This document shows positions 10,832-24,500 of a stretch of DNA of 64,000 nucleotides, piece after piece. The stretch is from Fimbriosthenelais zetlandica (taxonomy: Eukaryota). Location: assembly GCA_977030845.1 (NCBI GenBank), contig OZ365115.1:17236001-17300000 (forward strand), written 5' to 3'. Both the position numbers and the translations under genes were made by a program. Below the pieces are notes generated by a model. The model made no database searches. It was not told where the DNA came from and was given only the letters and a program-made list of their open reading frames with translations. Each line of letters begins with the position of its first letter. The stretch's first letter is position 1.

Positions 10832-12326
10832 TAAGGATTGAAATAGGTCTATTGTAGACTGTGAATTGAGATGGATGGAGAATAGAAGGATACATTTCAA
10901 TATATTATCCACATCACCACACCTGACAGTGTAATAGAGTACCATAGCGGAGATTTAGCTCAATTTTGGGTGATACGAGTATATTGCATGAGTTCTATAT
11001 TCTCCAACACAGTAATCACGCCATCGCCATAGACAACTAACCATTTAAGGATCACATTTTACTGTGGTTGCTAAAAAGTAATCGTAATATTGCTGAAAGT
11101 CAATCGTAATATTCAATATCCAAAGAGTGTTCAGAAGGCAAATGAATTTCATGAGGGTTGAAAATTTGTTATATTATTCACAGTCTATCTAAAGTCGTTC
11201 ACAAGTATATTTCTACATTACACTTAATGTAGTCTAATAGGCCTACAACAATAACTATAACAACTTTATGATCCTTTTAAATGACAAGGCTGCCTGTACG
11301 TGTACGTAAGTGCTGGCCAAGCGGGTACATAGTGCTGGGCTATATAACCCAATAGATTACAATGTAGTTCCTTTTACGACATGTCGTATGTCGACGTCAA
11401 CATGTCGTAATTGTGCCTGGAAGGGCAAAATATGAGCAATACCTTTTAAGGGGCAATGGTGCTTTTCTGCTTAGAGTGTGGCAAAATGTTCGAAGGAAAT
11501 ATAAAGAGAACGCAAGATTTCTGTTAGAAAAAGTATCAGTGGGTATTTTGATGTGTTAGGGCAAGCCCTGAGCATTAAGGAAACACTATAGCAGCGATAC
11601 CGAATTGGATGTTTCGAAAGGAAAGGAGATTTAATCTTTATGGTTGTGAAGTGAACTAAATAGTGTATTTTATCTATGCTGGGGAAACATCTCTTATCTC
11701 TTTAGTCACATCTTGTGATACCCTTGACTTCCACTGGATCTGATGGTGGACACTTATCAGTAGGAGTAGTGTTGTATGAACTTCAAATAATTATCACATT
11801 ATGTCGGCAATTATAAGCAATAATAATATAATAAACGTATAATGATTATACAGTTAGATACGTTGAACATCCAGCCAGAATCTTTCATCTATGGTGTAGT
11901 ACTGTCAAATACTTTGCAAAAACTTGCAATTTCCGATGACAAAATCTATTGAAAATATGGCACTAACTCCTTATAAGTCCTTTTGATTTTTAACTGTTCA
12001 AAGATAAATTCCAAGTGATGCTGACTTTTTTCAAACAAATAGTTAAATTATCACTCACACACTTTCTGCAGTATAATATTTACTATAATACATTCCCTCG
12101 TCGCAGTCAATCTAACATTTCTCCTCATTCCAACAGATATTGAAACCTCTATATAGACACTCCTTGGATCAGCGTAAACGCTATCTTCCTTAATATAACC
12201 GTTCCCTTGGATACATTCAATACTTCTTCAGTCCAGGCACATTATATATGCAGGGAGATTGGATCCTCATCTGTTAAGTAAAATTCAACTTTCTTGCAAA
12301 AGTTTGTGGCGAAGTTCAAATGCACC

Positions 12327-12559
12327 TCATGCATCTGCTTCGTTATGATAGTATGTCTTCTCCCGGTAATATATCTCTTCACTTTCCTTGTCAATGAGAA
12401 GCAAGATGGCCGCTCCAAAAATGAAGATGGCCCCTCCCCACGCCACGCCATAAGCCCAGCCAAAGTACCAGTCTAACTCATGTGTCTCCTCAGCCTTGGC
12501 TCGTAGTTCTTGCATGAATTTCACAGGGAAGACAATAAGTGCAATCACAACGAATAGGA
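12327..12559 (-). CDS. TMEM47: TMEM47 last coding exon (VLFVVIALIVFPVKF...EEIYYREKTYYHNEADA*)
   Basis: ttttctcttccag acceptor, TGA stop at 12327-12329. Confidence 0.92.
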
Positions 12560-15500
12560 CTGGAAGAGAAAAAAGATCCAAGGTACATTATATATAATGG
12601 CTCGAAGAAATCAGTTTTCAGCAGTTAACCTTTGTAAAGAACATAGGTTCTTTCATTTATTCATTTAAAAAATAATCATTAATTTCCATAGCAACTACGG
12701 GTTCTCACCTGCAAAGAACATGAGGTACATGGCGGCACGGTAGAACTTCAGTTTAAGGTCTGGGTTCTTGAGGAGAAGTGCAATGCCAGTGACCATAGTT
12801 CCCAGGAACGAAATGACGAGCCCAATGATGGACATGACACCACAGGCTATGATCCAGTCTGTTGGTAAGATAACAAATGAATCAATTAGCCATAAATAAA
12901 TGCAATGTGAAAGTAGAACAATAGCAAAACCAACCAATGAAGGACTATGACAAGGAGACGAAGCCTGTAATTAAAAAAAAGCAAATTCTAAAACCATGCA
13001 CATAATCATGATGGATCGAGGCAGAACGAGGTACTAATCTAATACTGATTTTGTCGTATGCAAAATCACTGTTATAAAAAGGAATTAAGTGTAGGAAATT
13101 CTAAAGCTATAATTATCTATGGACGTTTTCCTATATGGTTTTATAGATTGGCCATGCATAGTACGTGGAAAATCTATTCTGGCAGGCAAGTCATCGCTGG
13201 TAGAAGGCCCGGAAACAAGGAGAAAAAATAAAGCAGTTTCCAACTGATAAGCAATGACAAGTAGGAAATTGCATGGGTTTGCAAGGAAGAATAATCATGG
13301 TCAATCATGCCATTATATTAAAAATATTATATTGAAACCACCTGAAATGCTACGAATATTAAACAATAATACATTAATTATGCTTCGTTTGGCTCCTTGA
13401 GGAGTATACCGCGCCCCCATATAGGCGATTCTCCAAGCGATAGCTGCGCGAAACTATATTTCTAGTCGCACTCAACGCTTGTAATTTGAACAGTCCTTTA
13501 CACCTAGCTAACGCTAACCACTGACAAAGTTGCAAGCATAGGGCGAGCCTAGAAATATAGTTTCACGCAGCTATCGCTTAGAGAATCGCCTATATGGGGA
13601 CCGGCATTACCAAAGCCACTTTATAAAACTGAGAGATCCATTTAAGGGAACATGTACAACGCTTAAGCCATTGAAACCTCGGCACTTAGCTATACATGAC
13701 AGAGATGGACCCATGGGGCTCTCCCAGCAGCACAAGGTCATGGCGATAAAGGTCACAATGACAAAGAGCAGCAGCACTGCTCTAAAAATGGAAAGCCCAG
13801 ACACATTTTTCAGTTTGAAATGTGAGTGGTAAGGGCAATTTTAATTCAGGTTGGGACGTTGAGCCTGGGTTGCAAAATAGTGCTATCCATGCATATGACT
13901 GTCCATAAAAATCCTACCATTAGCGAAATTTTAGATGAAATGTATGTGCATTTCCTGGTGTTGATACTATCAATACTTTAACATGTGGCCAGCATACAAA
14001 GTACCAACTGACCCCTCCCCATGAGGCATCAACCACTTCGTCTGGGAACCACACACATTCCTACTTATTAATGTTTGATATCAGACCACTTTTCCCCACA
14101 TGGAGCCCATCAAACCTGCAGTATTACTGTGCACATACACATCATTCTTCACGTGTGCTCTATAGTATATTGGATATAGACAATTCTTCGAGGCATAATC
14201 ACATTAACCCCTAATAACCCTCGCCATTTTCTCAAGACAAAATCTTCGCTATTATGCCATCGTTGCACCTTGGTTGCATGCACACTTACCTTCACCATCT
14301 AAAGTGGTAGCCAACAACAAAGACAACAATAAAAGGGAATTTATTGCCAATCTATCTATTCATTACTTCTTTCCAACTACAATTTCGAAAGACATGCAGA
14401 AAAGTTTCCTTCCCTTCATTTACTAGACCTAAACAATACTATCAGGTTTTCTTTCTATACCACATTTTTTCACAGCATTGTACATTCTCAGAGGGCATAG
14501 TTTAAAGGACACAGGATATACAACAATAAGGACTACTTACAGCTATAGCCTACAGAGATATATATATTGGGAAGGGTTATTTCGAAGTTATCAATATAGA
14601 TCAGAAATAGAAGGGGGCCCAGGAGACAGCCTTGTGGTATTCCGGTCCAGGGGGTGTATTGAAAGGTTGTTATTATACTACAGTCTGCTTTCTGTTGGCC
14701 CTTGAACCATCTGAGCACAGTAATGGCACAGACTGGTGGAGGTATGTTTGGTGGTAAGTTTTTTTTAAAAGAAGAATGGTACCACCAAAAGTTTCAAATG
14801 CCTTCTTGTAATCTATGAACGCCACTCTGTTCTGTTCAAGGCGATGTGGCGATTTGCATTAAATTGAAAGATGTGATTGGGGTACCGGGGTGATGGTTGG
14901 TATAACATTATTGGCAAGACATATTCATGGAGGGTCAGTTAGCTTCGATTAAAAGGTATATTATACCATTGAATAGGGTTGATTTAGCTTGGAATAAAAG
15001 GTATATATACCATTGAATAGGGTTGATTTAGCTTGGAATAAAAGGTATATATACCATTGAATAGGGTTGATTTATAGCTCTAGGAGCCGCTTACCTGTGT
15101 ATGGGTTGGGGTGACAGTCTATAAAGGCGTCCCGTGTAATACACTCCTCCCAGAGACCCTGCCTGTAGTTATTGGTCTCAATCCATGCAGTACAGGCAAT
15201 AGCGATGACCAGCAACAAGAGACTGATACATCCACACACAAAGGCTATGACCTGCAAAGAAAAAGCATGAATCTTGTAGGCCTGGATAGAAGATTGTTTA
15301 TTAAAAACAGATCACTTGTAAGACCATGGACCATGAAAGACTGCAAAAAAAGAGAATGCATATTCAAACCTGCCTCTACATACAGTCTGTCCAAACTAAC
15401 TTGATTCGAAACCACAGGATAAATGTATGGTGGTTTCTGATCAACGTAGTTTGGACATACTATCTCCTAGATCATATACATTTTTTATAAGTAGTTAACT

Positions 15501-18500
15501 CTTTACTATTAAAGTATGCTTCGATTTAATTAAGAAAAACATGGGTTGGTGAGTACCCTAAACAGGATGCTGTTTTCTGCCTGATGTATTTAAACCAATT
15601 TACCAAACCCGGATCTTTTCAAGACAAAGAAAGCGAGTGGGACAGATGAATATGACTTGTCATCGATGAGTCAAGTTCATCCGGATAAGGGAACCACCAC
15701 AGACGTATTGCTGTATGACAGGATCAGAGTGTAGATCACATGATGTGATAAATGCCACATGAATATGGTCCCAGTTGGCGGGTTAAGCCTGGGAAGCGAT
15801 AACGAGGGATTTATATGAAGTCTTGATGACCTTCTATCAGATAACCATGGCCAATGAAAGGCTGGCAAACGCTCTAGTGCTGTCTCCACATAGCGGACTG
15901 GTCGTCCGCTGTAAAAAACAGGAATGCTTCTAGGACGTTCAAAAGGAGTTCTAAAATAAAATGTGCACTCAGATATAGAAATCTTTTGGCTTGAAAGTAA
16001 TCCAAACCATGGAAGAATAGAGGCAGGATTTGTCCGAAGATAGCAGTCTGTCCGCTGAATATGTCCATCCGCTATGTCGTGGAGACAGCATTTAAATGCA
16101 GCATGTTTTATGGAAGCATGATACAAGACACTTCATGATGTGATAAATATGATAAAATAAGATATGGAATCCCAAATAGCCTTCCTAGCTAATGTATATA
16201 CCCTGTAAAAACAATGTGCGTCACTAAAGCCTTTATTAAATATTAAGCACTCTTGGTGAACCCATCACTGGCCTATACTATACACAATCACTTGCTAAAA
16301 GTACCATAGGCCTACATATTATATAGTAGGCTATACATTAGGATTTTAACCACTTACGCTAACAAAAATATATATTGTAAGCTTGGTCATATCTAAGTAG
16401 GCCTACATACCTGAGCTAGAGTTTCACGGAGTCTTGACGCATCCATCTTGCTGTAGCTATATCTAACCATCACCATAGTGACCAAAGGTCAAATCTACGA
16501 ATGGAAGTTCCTCTCAATTTCTGATTGAGACAATTCTAGCTGGTGATAATCAAGTGAATGTTAACTTGCCAGGAACATGTCTCCCTCTCGTTAAATATCC
16601 CGAATGGGTTGTGAATGATTATGCAAGCAATTCACGTTAACCTCTGTTGATATGAGAAAACCTGAACAAAGAATATTATCACCATGGTTTTGAATGTAGA
16701 AATCCATTCCTGTTAAAATGGGAGATGTGAGATCATACGAAACCACAATGATATTGCTTCAATATTTGCGGTTTTAAGCAGTTGTCACTGGCCTTTTCAT
16801 TCTATTGTTAAAGTACAGTCAACCTGCATGTCTTCGATCCTGTTCACAAGAGTAATAAATCTTAAAATCCTTTAAATGAATGAGTCAGTCATGTGCCTGG
16901 AGTTTGTGGGGTGGAATCTCAAATTCACTCCCTGTGGGAAATCAACACAGCTACCGTACATATATAACACTTCCAAGACAAGGCAGGACCGCTGTTATGT
17001 CTTTATACTTTATCCTTTTTTTCCTTTAAAACAAACGAATCACACAAACTTGTCACAGTTGGTGTTTTCAGGATAGAAAACAGCCTCCTGTGTCTGAGCC
17101 AACTGTTGTTGCGCACAGTCACAGGAGGCCAAAAACAGATGTGCAAATAGAGTATGGCAATAACATTGCCATTTCTGCTTACATGGGGGACTCTGTATAA
17201 TATATAGCAGCACTATAAAGCATGGGCAGCTATTTGTACTATACCAATGGTTCAGATAAACACCCCTTGCCCCCCACCTCCATATACTACTCACTCAGCA
17301 TTTCTCTCAAGGTTATGTCACCGCCCACAAGCCGTTAGGTTATTTATACTGGGGAATAAACCATCAAAGGTGCACTGCCATTACATGCTATATACTTGGC
17401 TACATAGCTCACCTGTTTCTTAAATAATATCAGAGCAGAGTTGTTTTATGTATATAATAATAATGAAGCTGGATTTTGAATCGAAAATTTGCCGAGAAAA
17501 TAAAGAAATATAGTCAGGTAAAATACGAGAGGATCATTTCAATTCAGATCTATATGTCTTTCGGGAGAATCATTTCCATACAGGTAAAACGTGAATATGT
17601 ATTCAGCACTTCACATAGCCCAAAAGGCACTAAAAAGAGAAGGTGTATTAGAAGGTCTATATCTGGTGTATTACAGAGGTACTGGTTTTGGATTGTTCAA
17701 TGCTGCATGCACCGAGGCAGAGCTACACCTATATGTCTAGTAGGTTCTATGTATAATTGTGTGTTGCTCTTCTATACCTCTTCCACACTGCTCATCGATC
17801 ATGATTCTCATCCCCACCACACACCCCTTAGAGACCTGCTCCACTGGGTCATTCTGTAAATTCCCGAAATACGATGTTAAGGTATAAATTATTAACCCTT
17901 TTGCCAGGATCAACGGTTTAACTGCTATACATGAACATGATAGGTCTGCCAAACTCTTTGATGGAGGAAAACACTTTGTTACAGGAACATGTGTAGACAA
18001 TCAGTACACACTTAATGATCCAATAAATCCAAGCCAGATAAAGGCAATCACATCTATACAGCTTTACATGTTATTCAGTAAAGGTCTGCTGTGATTAACA
18101 ATGTATTTTTCATTAGTACACTCTTAGAGCTCGTTTTCGTGCACTATTTACCGTACACTATTTGGCGGCAGTGAACGCTCATCCAGAAATATTTTTCATA
18201 AATGAATCAAGGGCTTAACTGCCAATATAGGGGAAAAACAGTGCCTTGTTTCTGTTGACGAGTACAGAGAAGCTGCTGGTAAATTCTAGCCGACTGGCAG
18301 ATAAAAGGAAACCTTCAGCACCCACCACGTCCGTGATGATGTCACCTGCTTGTTAGACCTTTTTTCTTCTCCTTTCAACCTGCACCACTAACTGAATTAA
18401 ACCTCGTAACCTCTGTGCCCCCTCAGGTAAGAGTGGATGTCCTAAAAGCGCCTCAGCATGTTCTACAAATCAGACATGCCTGTATAGTACAGACAACATA

Positions 18501-21500
18501 TAGTGGATGATTGTTGGTTTGTTTTCCTCCCAGTACTGGGACAACCTGATGCATTACTGCAGCGCAAATCAATCCTTGTTGGCAGTCAACACTCTCCAAT
18601 ACAACCCAGTGTAATTTCCATTAAAGCTGATTTTCGTGAGGCTAGACTGCTAAAAAAAAAAATTAAATGGCATAATCAATCAAGCACATCCAGCTGCCCT
18701 GATGTCAGTCATGCAAATTACCCAAAGCTATCACTTGTTGTTGCCGGAGGATATATCTCTACTTTGCCAAATATTTTCTGGTACCTCATAAATTTAACAA
18801 TGGCTAATGTGGAGCAAGTTTGTTTTGGAACAAACAAACTACTGGAGTGAGTAATCGATTGGGCTTGTCTGTTGGAGTTGTTAGTGGAATGTGAAGGATT
18901 GGTCGTCCAGAAGGTTGGCATTTACAAGTTATCCTTTCCTCCTGCTGCGCCAACTGCTGATCTAGCTCTCAAGTAGGAGGATGCTGTCTAAGCGTTTGGC
19001 TATCCTAAAGGCAGCTCCAGCCTGTCCTGCAGGCAATCCTAGATGTTGAAGGTAATAAGGAAAGCAGTCCCATGTACGCACCTTGTACTCCCACTACTTG
19101 TTCCCCTACCCCTACTCCTCTACCACCTCCACCATCTCGTACTCCTTCTATCCCTATGGTCGTCTCCATCACTGCTGACCTCTCTCACCCGGGTATCAAT
19201 ATTACCGCAGTATGGACCCTTGTGCTTTGGGTGCATGGTGTTGTTGGAAGTCGTGGTGGTGGTGGGTGGTGGTGATGGTGCTTGTTGGTGGTGGGTGGTG
19301 GTGGTGGTTGTAGTCATTCCACCCCAGACTTCTTTCTCTGACTATTACAAGCGGGCCTTCCCAGTCGACTGTCTGGTCTGATGTGAGGCAGTGTGGTGCA
19401 GAAGGTGGAGCAGAAGCAGCAGGAGTAGGAGCAGTAGTAGAAGGAGCAGAACAAACAGCAAGTAGGAGTAAAACTGAGCAAGTAGGAGTTGAAGTGAGCA
19501 AGTAGGAATTGAAGTGGGCACGTAGGAGTAGAAGTGAGCAAGTAAGAGTTGAACTGAGCAAGTAGGACTATATGGAGTAGAAGTGAGTATATAGAGTAAG
19601 AACTGAGCAAGTAGGAGTAGAAGTGGGCAAGTAGGGGAATAACTGAGCAAGTAGGATTATAACTGAGCAAGTAGTAGTAGAAGTGAGCAAGGAGGGGAAC
19701 AACTGAGCAAGTAGGAGTAGACCTGAGCAAGTAGGAGTAGAACTGAGAAAGCAGGAGTGGATCTGAGCAAATATGAATAAAACTGAGTAAGTATCACCAA
19801 GAAAGGACAGGGAAAGGGAAAACAATATAGGTGTGATGTATGCTCAGGAGGTGTAAACTGAGGGAGCAAACCAGGGACAGGTGAAAATTATGACATAAGG
19901 TCCGTAAACAGATTCAGTTATTGGCGAGCAAGTAGTAAGCTGGACTGAACGTTGAAAAGTAGAAATGTGCCTGCTATTATATTATAGGCTAAGTAGGAGG
20001 GCTATCACGAGAGGGTAGGGGGCGAGGCTATAGTTTATATGGTGTGACAGTTAAGTAGGAAGGAGGAACTGGAGGGTGCAAGACTTGTGGGGGGGGGGGC
20101 ATGGTACACCAATATGTGGGATACGGCTACTACAGCACGGACATAAAGATCAATAGTCACAGCTTAGTGCTCTCCCATCGGTGATATCTCACAGACAACA
20201 CCAACCCTGGGAACACGGTTCAACCAGGCGAGACTTAGCGGCCAATTTACTAAATGGCTTTCTTGGGTAATGGCATAATTGGAGCGATATCTTCTGTATA
20301 CCCATAACACCTTTCAACGCCATCTGACCAAGGGATAAAACAAATGCCTTGTCGGTCAATGTAAAAGTTTCAGGCTAATACTGCTTTCGCTCCTCGCCAT
20401 CGCCATCCAGGCAACAAGTACATAGCATCCTACATCACTATCATGTCATTTTTTAAGGTCAATAAGCTGTCTGAGGCTCTCAACACCCTCCCTGCCTATT
20501 TGCCTAACCAACCAACCACCCGCCCACGCCATGGGTCCGCCCCAAACAATCTATATGCCTTCCCTTCCATCTGATTTGAAATATAAACGTGAAATTTCTA
20601 GAGGGAGGATGGATGCCCTTTTCCTTAGCCTGGTGTTGATGGTAGCTGGGAGGACAAGGGGGGGGGGGAGGGTAGACCTATGTGGATGGCAGGCCAGGGT
20701 TGCTTTATATATCCTGTATAGGCTGGAAGGCTGTGGTACACGCAAAACCCACCAAAATCCCAAAATTTCATTCATCTGCAGTAGGCATATCCTTTGTGTG
20801 GCCCCTGCGTCCATGCAACCACCAAAATGTCACTATTATTTGGGATCCTTTTTTGTACACACCAAAAGTTGTGGAGGGCATGTCCACCTTGTTACCCCCG
20901 GTAAGGGGGTCTCTAGGGGGTGGAATTTACTTTTCATTCTCCTTACCTCCCAGGCCTATCTATACACACCCATCGTCTCACCCTCCTATACATCTAACCT
21001 ACCCACCCACCCATCTACCCACTCACCAGCCCACCTACCCATTCACCAAACGTCATGTCCATAATTCATAATAAATAATCGGAAGCAATTCATCATTTTA
21101 TCTCAAGTAATCAATTAACCCAACTACTCTATCGTTAACAAAAATGCCCTTCCTCTCTCCAGGAGGAATTGCTTTGTCAAGAGCACAATAGGTACCTTGA
21201 CAACTGCCATCCTATTTTCAATTTAAAGTCAAGGATTTAACCCAACCGCTCTGTAAAAAGAAAACAACCTTCATAGGGCCACAGTATTGTATTGATCCCA
21301 AAGTCATAATTGGTAACCTAATATGGAAGAATGAAGAGAACAAAGGCTGTAATTGTATTGGCTTATGGGCAAAAAATGACATCAGATGAAAAAAAATAAA
21401 TAGCTTAACATTTCAGATTAATTGACATTCAAAGAACATTTTTTTTTCATTATTTTGCTCCTGTGGAAAATCAAGATCTATATATTAGGTGTGGTTACCA

Positions 21501-24500
21501 TCATCATCCACCTTGGAGGGCCAGGGCTGAGCCATGTCGATGCTATATTGCCTTCAATATGATAGGATGGATATTAATATGCCACATGGTCGGCCTGCAC
21601 GCAAAGTTCAATAAGGTCTTCTAACCTGTTCACCAACATCAGTCACTCACCGGACATGGAGGCAGATTAAACACAGCCAGCCATTTTGAGAATAATCTCC
21701 AAACAGTACTGTATTAATACAGGCATTCATATCATTCCAGGCTAAACAATGGCTGAGATATAAGTCAATATTGATGATATTATATAATCAATATGAGCTA
21801 TAGGCTATGGAGCCCTACAAACCTCCTGAGTAACACATTGGCACTTGCACTCTTGCCATCCCATCCCAAACCAAACAGTGATTCTGACGCTTGGTAATGT
21901 CCTCGTATGGCAATTGCCTGGCTTGTTGGCAATTTTCTATAGAGATTACCATTTAAACTGCAAACTTTGTCCAAACTTTCTCCAACAATGTCTCAAGGGT
22001 AAAAGCAATAGGAGAGTGTACCGAATTCAACCCCCTAGATAGAAGAGATGCCCATTTGGACAGTGATAATGGATTAATAGATGTGCCAGCGGTTATGGTG
22101 CAGGGACACAGCAGGGCCCAGTCTAGTAAATGGCAGCCATTAATCTGTGGGGAATCTTCATTTACGCCAACAGATAACCCATTAGGGCTGCACTGCCTGG
22201 GCCTGCCTTACCATGCAGGGACAGTACAGTATGGGAAAAAACATGTCTCGAAGCAGTGCGAACTTAACTAAATTGCCTCATCCTATGAATAATTACAGGT
22301 CTCTGGAAATCAGTTTAAAAATTACTTCAGCTTAGAGTAAAACTTAATTACATATGACGTCTATTGGCAAACTACAAATTATTAAATCCGCGGCATTTTT
22401 CTTCTTGAAGAGCTGCTCTCTGGGTGGTGGTATAGAAGCAGACTGGTAGGTCGCCGTTGACATTCTGATCAATCTGGGATCAGAGTTTATCCCGGCCCTG
22501 GGTATTAACGCTGATGTCATATGCAGTGAATCAATTTTGCTGCTATTGGTCTCTTGGTATAGTGGAGAAGGATCTATATAAACCATATCAGTTCTCTTGG
22601 TTGGTTTGTTGGCTGGATGGTTTAATGTCAAACAGCATAAGCGAGAACCAATGTTTTCAAGCATAATAATATGGTATAATAGGCCAAGATCTAGAATAAA
22701 AAATATCCTATTCAAATGGCCAAGAAACACCTCGATGCATGTTCCCCTTTTCTTAAAGATATAACTTGTATACACTTCATTCCACAACATTTCAGTCCTG
22801 CGGGTTTCATGAGCAGCACAGATGGTGTGTGGGTCTGTGCCTGTCCATTTGGCAAGAAAGTCAGCCCTGATGTTAGTTTTTACACCCGAGCCCAGAGTCC
22901 AAAACACATTGCTTGCTCCACCAGAATTTCCTTAGCAGATAAATAAAGGTTAATACATGAATGATCATACAAAAATATGACTGAAATATTATGTTGTGAC
23001 TAAGTTGATAGGGAAGTATTCAAATATTTCTTGATTAATCAGGATAATAGATTAGATTAATGTGGAGGTGAAGGTGTTAAAATGGACCCATGTTATGATG
23101 GGATTGAAGGGTGACAGGCTGAATGCAATATTAGTCCTGGATTCCACTGGGGTTCTCATATACTGCCACACTTCTGGATAAAGGCAAATGACCTGGAAAA
23201 CCAGAGGTACTAAAACAGGGTACTGGCAATGGCACTCCTTCCATATCTGGCATTAGTGCAGGTCTGCTGATTCCACACAAACATTTCTCTGCTTAGTATA
23301 GCTATATACCTAAAAACTAGGAAGAAATGTTATGGCTTATTCCATGAAAATTCTTGTATTAGTCCCTTAATGTTTCATCTAGAACCCTTGTAGAATTTCC
23401 GCCTGAATTAAGCAGGCTTATTGTTAGACTACCTGAAAAAGATTTGCTTTGTATTTTCAGATAATTATCAAGAATATCTATGGACACCCAACAGTCTGTA
23501 CTCTGGGGGAATGCATGGAGTTAGCTTAGCCAACCGTTCTTAGTGGATATATGGATGTCTGGGCGTCTTTCAATAAAGCCAGAAAAAGAACCTGACAGCT
23601 CTATACAATGCTGGTCAGTGTAATGTAATAAGATATTGCCTTACACTCTCCTTAGCCTCTTGCTGACAAGACTGATCTAATTTGGACATATGCAGTGGGT
23701 CTATCACGAGGTAATAATGTTGCTGGACAGGGGGTCATTGGTGCGGTTCTACAGAGGAGAAATCAAGTCAGAGGACGAAAAAATCAATAAACTAGTCCCG
23801 TGACTAGGGCTGCCAATAGAAATCCTGGTGGGCCCAGTTGAATACATACAGGGCCTATACCCTGAGCCAGTGTACTTGTTAGGAGCCCCCTACATGATTT
23901 ATCCATCAGAACTATCTTAGCAATACATTAATAGAATTTATAAATGTTTTCCGGCATATCATCTATACAAGTATATATCTTGTGCTCCATCGAAATGGTT
24001 AGGTAACAGGGCAGATCAGCTTGGGGGTAAATATTATAGACAACATAAATGAGGAAACCAGATCACATTTAAGCAAATATTATGGGGACAGAGTATAGGG
24101 GCCTATAGAGAGCTCTGTTCGGCATCTATCTTGATGCACATAACGAGAGCTTCGCTAAGGAAAAAGTTGGTCCTTCACTTGCTATGAATAGGACGTATCT
24201 GGTCCTTTGGCTTGACCAGTGAAGGCTTCAAGCTCACTGGCTTAATGGTAAAGCAGCTGCTCAGACTCCATGAGCACCTATTGGCCAGGGCTTCTTAGGC
24301 AAGGGAGAAATATATTGCTTGTGCCTTTCTTCTGCATCCTTAAAATATTTTGATTGCTTTAAAGGGCACATCGATGCTCATGGAAATGGCAATTAGATTT
24401 CTGCAATGTCGCATAATTCATAGCAGTTCTTGAAATAAATAAATTGGAAGATAACAATGAAAGAAACAAAAATGTTTATGGTGTCTGTTTTTGTGGCATC

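Noticed and set aside
17292-17350. TATA-like box plus ATG and gtgagt donor as an alternative TMEM47 first exon
   Set aside because: The ATG would be out of frame with exon 2 (phase 1 vs 0); no supporting evidence
19043-19869. Many overlapping low-complexity ORFs
   Set aside because: Produced by the 20-bp minisatellite and (GGT)n-like runs
20531-21071. 177-aa and 129-aa plus-strand ORFs
   Set aside because: No recognisable motif, low complexity, lying among repeat relics antisense to an intron
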